Positions 27,701 to 38,791 of a stretch of 64,000 nt of DNA are shown here, piece after piece (positions within the stretch are counted from its first letter, which is position 1; each line of letters begins with the position of its first letter). This stretch comes from Phoronis australis (Eukaryota > Animalia > Phoronida), in the NCBI GenBank assembly GCA_002633005.1, contig NMRA01000197.1:577622-641621 (forward strand), read 5' to 3'. Under the pieces are notes generated by a model. The model had not been told where the DNA came from and ran no database searches. It saw only the letters and a program-made list of their open reading frames with translations. The translations under genes and the position numbers were made by a program.

Positions 27701-29503
27701 TACGTTTTCACTTTGTTCCCTAAGCATGCTATAGCACTTCAGTGGGTACCTATGTTCTTCCATATCAAGTAATTTCGTACAACAGATTATTGGTTTACCC
27801 ATCTATTTTATATTTAACAATTGTCTTCCACATTCACCGCGAGCCATAGCATTTGGCGTTTTAATACTCAATGTCAGAACATATTTACAGAAATCATGAG
27901 CTTTTTCAGTAGATTCACTCATTGATGTTCCCCATATTTCTGCACCATATGTTCATATGGGCATTATCACAAAGTCAAAGAATTTAAAGTGCACTCCATG
28001 GGAAATACAGTTAAATTTAGACAGAGTGCCGATAATAAGCTCACTGCTTTTCGAGCTTGGCTAGAAAGTACTCTACAGCACTCTGTCCATCTAAATCCGC
28101 AGAAGAATGTGTTCATTCATGACGTTTCTGTTTGCTATGCCTGTAGAAGGAAGCATACTGTTTGCATGTCATGCCAAATTCACCACAAAAAGGAGTGTCT
28201 TCGTGCTGTGACACAGTGTCGTTTCAGGCTTACTCTTTCCGTGAAGCACTGATCACAGATAGGACACGGAATCGACTTGGTTTCTAAGCACGATGCTTCA
28301 TTATATTGGTAAAAAAAAAACTCTTGACGCATGCAACGCATCAATCACAGGGCTGATAAAGGTCTTGCTTGTTGTAGTGTCACTGTTTTATTGCCATATG
28401 GTCAGGTCGATTTTTTAGTTCCTGAACGAGGCTCCACAACATACACACACACTTCATTGTGACATGCAGCAGTTGTACTACTATTTTTTGAAGATGTGGA
28501 CGTTGACACCATGAATGACTTGTGGTGTGGCTATACAATTCAACTGAAAAATATCAAACGGATTCAGTTAAGCCCTGTGTTTTTTAGGCTAGATCTTACT
28601 TAGAAATCATAAATAAACGATGAAATGTAATTAATAATCAACCCATCAACTAATTCAGCCTCCGTATTATTGTAAAATTATTGACATACTGCCGTAACTT
28701 GAACAACTATTCAGGCCAATGCAGAGAGAAAAAATGTGCGTTCACGATCGCCATAGAGAATTAACGACTTAGTTCCTGATCGCCGTCTCACAAAGGCCTT
28801 CTTGTATTGGTAAATATCACAATTTTTTCACAAAGGTGTCACCACGGACGGTTAAACTACAAACGTCACACGTCTCTTCTTAAGAACCATGGAATTACTA
28901 ATAACAAGTAGAAATTGTCGATTTCACTAGGCGCAAAGGATTTTACCGAAAGCCATTGCTTTCTGAGCTCTTTATTTTGAAAAATAAGCAAAAGCCAAGT
29001 ATTATGTCAGATCCACAACCAAGGTTACACTCTGACGCTTTTCTGTGTGTAGCATTCGTACCAAAATGGCCTCTATTTAAGCACAAAGTGACACTCAAAC
29101 TCACCGGGTACGTCACTGTCGTCTGCCATTTTTGGTGCAAGGTCTCGTTCTCGATCGCTTTCCGGGCGTTTTCGATCGCGGGTTGGCCGGGATGGCTAAT
29201 GAAAAACGAGTCTTTTTATCATATTAATAGGCTGAGGACAGGAGTTCTTTATCGGCGTTCGTGGGACAAAAAGAGGGTCCCACGTGACCAGAATGTCTAC
29301 AATTTGGACCGTTGTTTGCGTGCCTGCTGCAACTACGCGCACAAACGGGCGTTGTGTTTCGTACGACAAAGTTCACCGGAGGTTAGAAACTAGGGAACTT
29401 TTGTTCTGCAAATTCTGCACCCAGGATCCACTGAGCTATGTGTAAAGGTTAGAACCGACTTTTTGTCTCAAAATTACCGAGCTGACTAATAAGACAAAAG
29501 ACN

Positions 29504-29547
<44 letters not shown>

Positions 29548-31559
29548 TAGGCTACTGGAGTGGTGATACTTTATAAAAGCTGTTTATTGCTAAATAAGGA
29601 ACTATACAATTTAGGAAGAAAACAAACGAACGTAGAAGCCCAATCACACACAACTCACATTTTGTCAGCACCGTCATTGAAAGAAAATATAACGGACTCA
29701 CTAGAGTTATTACAGGCTTTTGGCTGCCGACGCACACTTAAGTGGAGACGAGTCCTTGCTTCACGTGAAAAAGCAAAGGGGTTTTGTAGCATTCCCTACT
29801 CCTAAGCACTACTTATGATAACTGCAACTTAATTATGCAACATAATTTTTATTAGTTAATTCACAGCGAAAAAATCCCGACATAGAAAGATAGGACCAAA
29901 ACCTTCAATTTTACAGTTTCTTCCCAAAATTAGCACCTGCAGGGAAGAACAAATCTGACTACAGATTCAGATTGCTCGTTCTTTCTAAATTCTAAAGATT
30001 CCAAAGTAGGGAAAACATAAAAGAAGCAGGGGTGAAAAAGGTGGCTACCGGGGTATTCCCCTACCTCTTTGCTATGTCATATGCCTCCGAACAGTCCAGA
30101 TACTCCTATGCCTTTCACCTATAACCTTGCTTCTGAATCATACAGACAATACATATGTTATATGTCCGAAAGCGGATATTTAAAACAGAGAAGAAGGCGT
30201 TCACGACTAGCGTGCAACTCATTCATGAAAGGAAACCAACGTTGACTCCCTAACAGGTCGAGATTGGGCAACTCGACCGGTTTGCACACTACAGAATCTG
30301 CCGGCTAAGATCAAAGACAACATGCTGTTGGGGTTAATTAAATCGCCGCAGGCTTCTAATGTTTTCATTCTCTAGACCATTACAAACACATTAGGGATGA
30401 CAATACTATTTTTAAATTTTTGTTTTAAAGCTTTAAGTAGCACATTTAAATAGTTCGAAAACTGGGCAAGGAATGTCACTTTTACATACTCAAACGTTTG
30501 TTTAATGTTGCCACAACATATTCCTCATTAAATCTGCCGGGTGTGCAACATATTTGGGCCATTTACCAAAACACCAGGCAGCAGTTTGAGGTAAGCCAAG
30601 TATCATCGTACAATTTTTGGCAGGATGACTAATATTTCGCATGCTATGCCCAAAAACGAAAATATGCAGCAAATATTCTGACCATGATTAACTTTTAATG
30701 AATCTTCAAACATTTTGGAAAGTATTGGTTCATTACGAAAGCCAATTCTAGCGTGTAATATCTTAGCAATAGCAGCACAAACGCTTGCGCAAATGTCGTT
30801 CACTTCGTGCATCAATTTCCGTCAACGTTTCGTTTGTTTTGGAAAGATGCACAAAGGCACGTGAGCAAGTTTTGAAACGCCATAATTGCCTTAGTGATGA
30901 GTAAAAAACAGACCTTCATCATTTTGCTCGTCTCATGTGACTCGATTTTCAAAAAGAATAAAACGAGAGACTAGAACCAGCTGTGCTTTTAAACCATATA
31001 TAGAATTTGTTTTTTAATGCATGTACAAGCGTAAAAAGAAATTATGTTCATTTTCTTAGTTGGTTAGAAATTAGCAAAAAGAATGTATTTCATGCATTTA
31101 ATTTTTGAGCACTTTATCCGTGAAAATAATGGTTTAGTACAATATGCTTCACCCGATGGGAAATTTCTTTGCAATGATGAGAATTCATTCTGGAAAGCAC
31201 TGTTAGTAGTTTTTCGCGTAATAACATAGGTATTAATTATTTGCATTTTTTATGAAATATTTTCCCAATTTATAATATACGGGGACGTGTAGATTTGTTC
31301 TAACGTGNNNNNNNNNNNNNNNNNNNNNNNNNNNNNNNNNNNNNNNNNNNNNNNNNNNNNNNNNNNNNNNNNNNNNNNNNNNNNNNNNNNNNNNNNNNNN
31401 NNNNNNNNNNNNNNNNNNNNNNNNNNNNNNNNNNNNNNNNNNNNNNNNNNNNNNNNNNNNNNNNNNNNNNNNNNNNNNNNNNNNNNNNNNNNNNNNNNNN
31501 NNNNNNNNNNNNNATTCGCACGGTAAAGTCAACGCAAAACCAAGTGGCGGTAAACGCTT

Positions 31560-31706
31560 GCCTCCTAAAACGTCACTTCCGGAGTAGCGGACGAGTAATT
31601 TATAAAATTACGAAAAGCTGTAATTAAGTGGAAAATATGTCTAGGATAACCAACCAACTTTATTTTAGCTCAAAATGACATGGAAAAAGGTTGCCTTTGC
31701 CTTTAA
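31560..31706. mobile_element. Terminal arm of the same Kolobok-like family as 14159-14936
   Basis: matches 14795-14940 and ends GGTTGCCTTTGCCT|TTAA; a related end GGTTGCCTTCCCCTTTAA lies near 46584-46601. Confidence 0.75.
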
Positions 31707-31762
31707 TATATGGTTAAAACCGAGCTGAGGAGCTAGAAACCTTGCTCAAGGGTTTAGCAGTG

Positions 31763-31833
31763 TGACTCAGTGGGACTCGAACCCACGACCTCGAGTAAAG
31801 AAAGTAGGCACTTATCAACCAGGCCACACTGCC
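31763..31833 (-). mobile_element. tRNA-derived SINE head
   Basis: GTGGCCTGGTTG A-box-like, GGTTCGAGTCCC B box. Confidence 0.6.
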
Positions 31834-34184
31834 TCCTCAACCTGCTTGTATTGGTAAATTTCACATTTTTTTCACAACTCATATCTAACAAAGGTGCCAC
31901 TACGGACGATTTAACTATAAACGTCCCACGTCTGTTCTTAAAAGCCATGGAATTGCTAATAACAAGTAGAAATTGTCGATTTTACGAGGCGCAAGGAATT
32001 TTACCGAAAGTCGTTTCTTTCTGAGCTCTTTATTTTGAAAAATAAGCAAAAGCCAAGTATAATGTCAGATCCACAACAAAGGTTACACTCTGACGCTTTT
32101 CTGTGTGTAGCATTCGTACCAAAGTGGCCTCTATTTAAGCTGTTTATTGCAAAATAAGGAACAATACAATTTGGGAAGAAAACAAACGAACGTAGAAGCC
32201 CATTCATACACAATTCACATTTTGTCAGCACCGTCATTGAAAGAAAATAAAACGGACACTCTAGAGTTATTACAGGCTTTTGGCTGGCTGCCGACGCACA
32301 CCTAAGTGGAGACGAGTCCTTGCCTCACGTGAAAAAGCAAAGGGGTTTTGTAGCATTCTCGACTCCTAAGCACTACTAATGATAACTGCAACTTAATTAT
32401 GCAACAGATTTTTAATTAGTTAATTCGCAGCGAAAAAAATCCCGACATAGAAAGATAGGACCAAAACCTCCAATTTTACAGTTTCTTCCCGAAATTAGCA
32501 CTTGCAGGGAAGAACAAATCTGACTACAGATTCAGATTGCTCTTTCTTTCTAGGTTCTAAAGATTCCAAAGTAGGGAAAACATAAAAGAAGCAGGGGTGA
32601 AAAAGGTGGCTACCGGGGTATTCCCCTACCTCTTTGCAAAACTATGTCATATGCCCCCGAACAGTCCAGATACTCATATGCCTTTCACCTATAACCTTGC
32701 TTCTGAATCATACAGACAATACATATGTTATATGTCCGAAAGCGGATATTTAAAACAGAGAAGAAGGCGTTCACGACTAGCGTGCAACTCTCTGGCATTC
32801 ATGAAAGGAAACCAACGTTGACTCCCTAACAGGTCGAGATTGGGCAACTTGACCGGTTTGCACACTACAGAATCTGCCGTCTAAGATCAAAGACAACATG
32901 CTGTTGGGGTTAATTAAATCGCCGCAGGCTTCTAACGTTTTCATTCTCTAGACCATCACAGACACATTACGGGTGACAATACTATTTTTAAATTTTTGTT
33001 TTAAAGTTTTAAGTAGCACATTTAAATAGTTCGAAAACTGGACAAGGAATGGCACTTTTACATACTCAAACGTTTTTTAATGTTGCCACAACATATTCCT
33101 CATTAAATCTGCCGGGTGTGCAACATATTTGGGCCAGTTACCAAAACACCAGGCAGCAGTTTGAGGTAAGCCAAGTATCATCGTACAATTTTTGGCAGGA
33201 TGACAAATATTACGCATGCTATGCCCGAAAACGAAAATATGCAGCAAATATTCTGACCATGATTAACTTTTAATGAATCTTCAAACATTTTGGAAAGTAT
33301 TGGTTCATTACGAAAGCCAATTCTAGCGTGTAATATCTTAGCAATAGCAGCACAAACGCTTGCGCAAATGTCGTTCACTTCGTGCTTCAATTTCCGTCAA
33401 CGTTTCGTTTGTTTTGGAAAGATGCACAAAGGCACGTGAGCAAGTTTTGAAACGCCATAATTGCCTTAGTGATGAGTAAAAAAACAGACCTTCATCATTT
33501 TGCTCTTCTCATGTGACTCGATTTTCAAAAAGAATAAAACGAGAGACTAGAACCTGCTGTGCTTTTAAACCATATCTAGAATTTGTTTCTGAATGCATGT
33601 GCAAGCGTAAAAAGAAATTATGTTCATTTTCTTAGTTGGTTAGAAATTAGCAAAAAGAATGTATTACATGCATTTAATTTTTGAGCACTTTATCCGTGAA
33701 AATTATGGTTTAGTACAATATTCTTCACCCGATGGGAAATTTCTTTGCAATGATGAGAATTCATTCTGGAAAGCACTGTTAGTAGTTTTTCGCGTAATAA
33801 CATAGGTCTTAATTCTTTGCATTTTTTATGAAATATTTTCCCAATTTATAATATACGGGGACGTGTAGATTTGTTCTAACGTGCCACGTGGTCGGAGTCA
33901 TTATCCGTACTTGAACTCTAAATTACCTCCGTAGTCGTATTGTGGTGAAATGTTGCGTGTTGCGGCCAACAGATGGCGCGCATGTAAAGTAACACACGAA
34001 TACCTCAACCAAGGAGTGTATACTACTACACTCCTTGCCTCAACCAATAAAATAACGTCTATTGAGTTGCAGCGTTGTGATTAACAACCAACAGATTACA
34101 ATAAGTTGTGAGACTTACGGTTGGCTGATTGAGACGAGGCACCACTACTGGTGAAAGCACTAATCTACAGTGCCACTAGTCACC

Positions 34185-36760
34185 CGTAACATGTGTGTTA
34201 ACTCTTCAACTAATCCCCTAGATCATGCGCCAGACTGGTTCGTTCGACTATCAGGCTGAGACCAATGCCCGTGTCTAAGTGTCAATACCTTAGGTTGTTA
34301 CTCTTTACAGTTTCTTGATCACACGAAGTGTTCGTCTGAGTGGTTCCTGCCTTCGTAGTCTGGACTGACTTTATGCCTCTTCTACAGTGGTCTGGTGGTC
34401 CGACTATGGTGGTCTTTTTGGTATGCGGTCTTACTCTGCCTCGAGAGCCTGTGCTTTAAATACTATTTTGGTGGCATCGCGTGATGAACCCATATCCATA
34501 CCTACATCTGCTTATAATCACAGGCGTCCTCATCTCCTGATCGTCCCCAATACACTATAATACTACAAGGGTGAGGTAGGACACTCCCGACCAGAAATTC
34601 CACGGGTGCTTCACTTCAGCCGTCCGTAGCAAACACAAAACTCAATAAATTTACACAAAACGAAGTTCAACAAACCATGAGGAATTTTTCTTTCTTCCAA
34701 TACTATTTACGATGTTCTGCTCCTCCGAATTTGCAAGAAATTCGCGGTCAAAGCACAAAAATTTTCCCAAAAAGCCTCCTCAGACGGTTCGAGATCAAGG
34801 GCGGTACGGAATTATCCGATGAGTTACGGATGTACGGCAATTGCCGGTTCATCAAAAAAGGTTACGAATGGTCTGGCTGTGGGTGGAGTTATCGATGTCG
34901 TGACACTCCGTGACAAATCGGCAATTGCCGTACCGTCCTTGACCTCAAACCGTACAAGGAGGCTCGATGCGTGGGCTTTTTGGGAACATTTTTGTGCTTT
35001 GACCGCAAATTTATTGCAATCTCGCTTGAAGCAGGACAACGTGAATGGCATTGGCAGAAAGAACAGTTGCTAATGGTTTGTTCAAACCTTGTTTTGTGTA
35101 AATTTATTGAGTTTTGTGTTTGATATGGACGCCTGACTGAAGTGAAGCACCCCGGAATTTATGGTCGGAAGTGTCACACCTTGTAGTACGTGTATTGGGG
35201 ACGATCAGAAACTGAGGACGCCTGTGCTTATAATGAGTTAATTGGCTACTCCTGGAGAATTCTTACGTAATACTTCAAAGTTCTACCATATTGGCTTCTC
35301 CCTGATAATTCTTATGCAATGCTTGTAATAAGTTCTGCCATATTGGCTATTCCTACAGCATTCCTGCATAATATTCGTAATAAAGTTTTGTAATATTAGC
35401 TAACCCTAACGAGGTATACCTGCATGCACTTTTGAAAACCTCAATTTGACGTGGAGGACATAGCCTCGCTATATTACACTCGCCCCTTTTGTTAAACCAA
35501 AAATTTACAAAATAAATTTTTTTGGACAACTGTACAATTCCCGACAGGATAAGGTTTCCATCAGGCAATCATTATACAATTACAGTGAGTAGCAACAAAG
35601 GAAGTCTTCAGTCTCTAAAGAATCGTTTAAACAAGTTAACAAACAAAATNAATTTACACAAAACTAAGTTCAACAAACCATGAGGATTGTTCTTTCTCCC
35701 AATACCATTTACGATGTTCTGCTCCTCCGAATTTACAAGAAATTCGCGGTCAGAGCACAAAAATTTTCCCAAAAAAGCCTCCTCAGACGGTTCGAGATCA
35801 GGGGCGGTACGGAATTATCCGATGAGTTACGGATGTACGGCAATTGCCGGTTCATCAAAAAAGGTTACGAATGGTCTGGCTGTGGGTGGAGTTATCGATG
35901 TCGTGACACTCCGTGACAAATCGGCAATTGCCGTACCGTCCTTGACCTCAAACCGTACAAGGAGGCTCGATGCGTGGGCTTTTTGGGAACATTTTTGTGC
36001 TTTGACCGCAAATTTATTGCAATCTCGCTTGAAGCAGGACAACGTGAATGGCATTGGCAGAAATAACAATTGCTAATGGTTTGTTCAAACCTTGTTTTGT
36101 GTAAATTTATTGAGTTTTGTGTTTGATATGGACGCCTGACTGAAGTGAAGCACCCCGGAATTTATGGTCGGGAGTGTCACACCTTTGTAGTACGTGTGTT
36201 GGGGACGATCAGAAACTGAGGACGCCTGTGCTTATAATGAGTTAATTGGCTACTCCCGGAGAATTCTTACATAATACTTCAAAGTTCTACCATATTGGCT
36301 TCTCCCTGATTATTCTTATGCAATACTTGTAATAAATTATGCCATATTGGCTATTCCTACAGAATTCCTGCATAATATTCGTAATAAAGTTTTGTAACAT
36401 TAGCTAACCCTAACGAGGTATACCTGCATGCACTTTTGAAAACCTCATAGCCTCGTTATATTACACTCGTCCCTTTTGTTAAACCAAAAATTTACAAAAA
36501 TAAATATTTGGAGCAACTGTACAATTCCCGACAGGATAAGGTTTCTTTCAGGCAATCATTATACAATTACAGAAATAAAGTGAGTATCAACAAAGGAAGT
36601 CTTCAGTCTCTAAAGAATCGTTTAAACAAGTTAACAAACAAAATTTCACATCGGAGTACTGATCCCTAAACTAGTCCAACTAAAATGAATATAAGGAAAT
36701 CACATGTGCATATATTACTAAACCACACCTCGTGTTAACTAAAATTATAATTATGTTATA
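34185..36760 (-). mobile_element. Putative 3' LTR of the env-bearing element (interrupted by a MITE and a 1-kb duplication)
   Basis: polypurine tract GGGATGGGG (36761-36769, minus) immediately followed by TATAACAT; distal end ATGTTACG (TGTAACAT..ATGTTACA with one mismatch each); TATTTAAA box near 34456-34463; ~50-bp second copy of LTR sequence at 38792-38842. Confidence 0.5.
34519..35226. mobile_element. Palindromic (foldback) non-autonomous DNA transposon with 8-bp TSD
   Basis: termini CACAGGCGTCCTCA..TGAGGACGCCTGTG; arms complementary over ~300 bp; TSD CTTATAAT at 34511-34518 and 35227-35234; partial second copy 35651-36230. Confidence 0.85.
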
Positions 36761-36772
36761 CCCCATCCCAAA

Positions 36773-37171
36773 TTAAACTAACTGTAAAGGGCGGACCCGC
36801 GGTGTCTGAAAGAAATCCGCCGCTAGCAGACTTTCTGGGACGTCTGCCACCGCTATAGGCATGCGCCTTGAAGGTCGTCCCTCCGTCACCACTTCTACGA
36901 GGAATATGCCGACCACATCAGCTGTGCGGCCTCGATGGTCGTATTTTACTTGGACGTATTCCATGCCCATTGCGCGTGGACCTCCCCACGCCTGGCAGGT
37001 GCACAAGAATCCCTCGTACGCACGGCCCCGTGCGTATTGGACCCCGGCAAAATCCCTCAGCGATAATACGATCATATCAGCAGTCGGGTTTGCTCTGAAC
37101 ACGACTCACAGGCCATCTACTGATGAGTCCGGCAGAGTTTTATAGATCAATTCCTGTTGCTGAGCTGCCAT
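36773..37171 (-). pseudogene. Accessory ORF of unknown function downstream of env (132 codons, one in-frame TGA)
   Basis: acceptor-like ttttacag ~18 nt before ATG 37171; MAAQQQELIYKTLPDSSVDGL*VVFRANPTADMIVLSLRDF...PLQLV; GC-rich relative to flanks; stop abuts the PPT. Confidence 0.55.
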
Positions 37172-37394
37172 CTTGTGCAATCTAGGTCCTGTAAAAGTCC
37201 CATATACTTTATATATTTAATGTATATCTTATGACAGTCTTGTATGTTAAAAACCACCACCTTTCTTGCCAACCACCTAGTATACTATTGATTGTCTGTT
37301 AGACGGAGGTTTCTTTCTGGCCCTCTCCACTGTTCGGATCCAAGGCGGGATACATACGTCAGACGAATTGCTGCATCCGGATGAGTTTGCCATT

Positions 37395-38791
37395 CTACTG
37401 GACCGATACGGTCGAGTGATCGTCAGCACTGGGTTTCTCCCCAACCGGCGATGTCTGTCGGGCGTCGTTCTGTGCGCTCATAAGTGCGAGCTCTGGTGGT
37501 GCACTGGCAATTGTGTGTCCATCACTGGTTAACACAGGCTGATACTGTTTAAATATGGCATGTGCAATTTGTCTTCGTCTTAAGAAGACAATTAACCCCA
37601 AAATCAAAAGCGATGCTGCAATTCCCAGAGCGATATATAACCAAAATTCGTTATCGGGGTCAATGGAATTTCCAAATCTCGTAAATCAGTGACAAAACCG
37701 CCCAGGGGAATTTCGGGTAAGTGAGCGAGGCGTGGCGGCATTTTTACTTCCACGTGTTCAGGAAAAGCTGCTACATAAGGGGACCATTTCGTGAAGGATT
37801 CCTTCCGAATTCTTAGAACTCGGGTGAAACTATCAGGATGCTCATATCTAGATTCCCTGTGAAAAGTTCCCAAAAGGGCCATGGTTGGGTGTGTGGCCTG
37901 GCACCCATACTCAACGTGTATCAAATCTCGTTATTAACTACAGCGTACCAGCTAGACTTCAGATATATGGTATGCGGTAAAGCTTCATTCGATCTAATGA
38001 AAACGCGGTAAAACCTTTTGATAGCATCGTCAAACTTCATGAATAGCGAGCCACCACACAATCTTTGCTCAAATTGACCGGGTGTAACGGCTGTCGGTTC
38101 TCACAAAAACTAAGTGTAGAGCACGCCTTCATGTTGTCGTAATCTAGTAAGGCATAGGACGTTTCTTCAGGGCTTATGGCTAATGCTGCCGCCTCCAATG
38201 ATCACTTTGTCAAAATGTGAGATCGGTTGGAATTGGGGAAGGGAGCCGGCAGGTTATGAATGTGAAATAACTCCATCCGTGCATAAGTATCAATTAATGA
38301 TATCCGAAATGTAAGCAAAACTCTTCCGTTTTCCCACGCAGTATTGGAACAACTCCGTGTCAGGATCGAAAGGTAATTTCAAATGGCGTGGAATATTCAT
38401 TCGTATATCCTTTAATATTTTACGTAATGCTTGCGGTTGAACCACCGCTAGAGTAACAGTCCCAGAGACACTATTCCTATTTGACTTTCGATGTGAGCTA
38501 AATAGCCTCAAGCTTTTTATGCTGCTAATTTCAGATGGTTTAAAATACGTTCTAAATGCATGTAACTTTGGGTGAAGACAGATAAATCTCGTATTTCGTC
38601 TTGTATAGCATATCAGTCACGTTGTTAAGACGTTGTTCTATCTCATAAGTCGAAAGAATCAAATCATTCAACGTTTCCCTGTTTCTATTCACTTCGGTTC
38701 TAGTGGCTTTCATTAGTTACTTGTTTCAAGGCTTTAGTGGCGATTTTTTTGATTCGTCACTATCATATCGATTGTTTCTCTGACAGCTTTA
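37395..38791 (-). pseudogene. Degenerate envelope (F-type fusion glycoprotein) gene of a Gypsy/errantivirus-like LTR element
   Basis: stitched across frameshifts and stops: heptad region (TRTEVNRNRETLNDLI...IQDEIRDLSVFTQSYMHLERIL), VVQPQALRKILKDIRMNIPRHLKLPFDPDTELFQY, MELFHIHNLPAPF, LEAAALAISPEETSYALL..C..C..PVNLSKDCVV, GCQAT, LAHLPEIP, then TM + basic tail LILGLIVFLRRRQ. Confidence 0.75.

Noticed and set aside
27989-28252. Cys/His-rich ORF (CYAC..CMSC) as a zinc-finger gene
   Set aside because: No recognisable family or convincing splice context; may be TE debris
34648-36644. ~1-kb tandem duplication as paired LTRs
   Set aside because: Copies meet at a single N (35650) and are near-identical; likely uncollapsed alleles
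37117-37140. CTGATGAGTCC hammerhead-like core (also 5665 and 61381)
   Set aside because: No complementary stem II followed by GAAA in the right register
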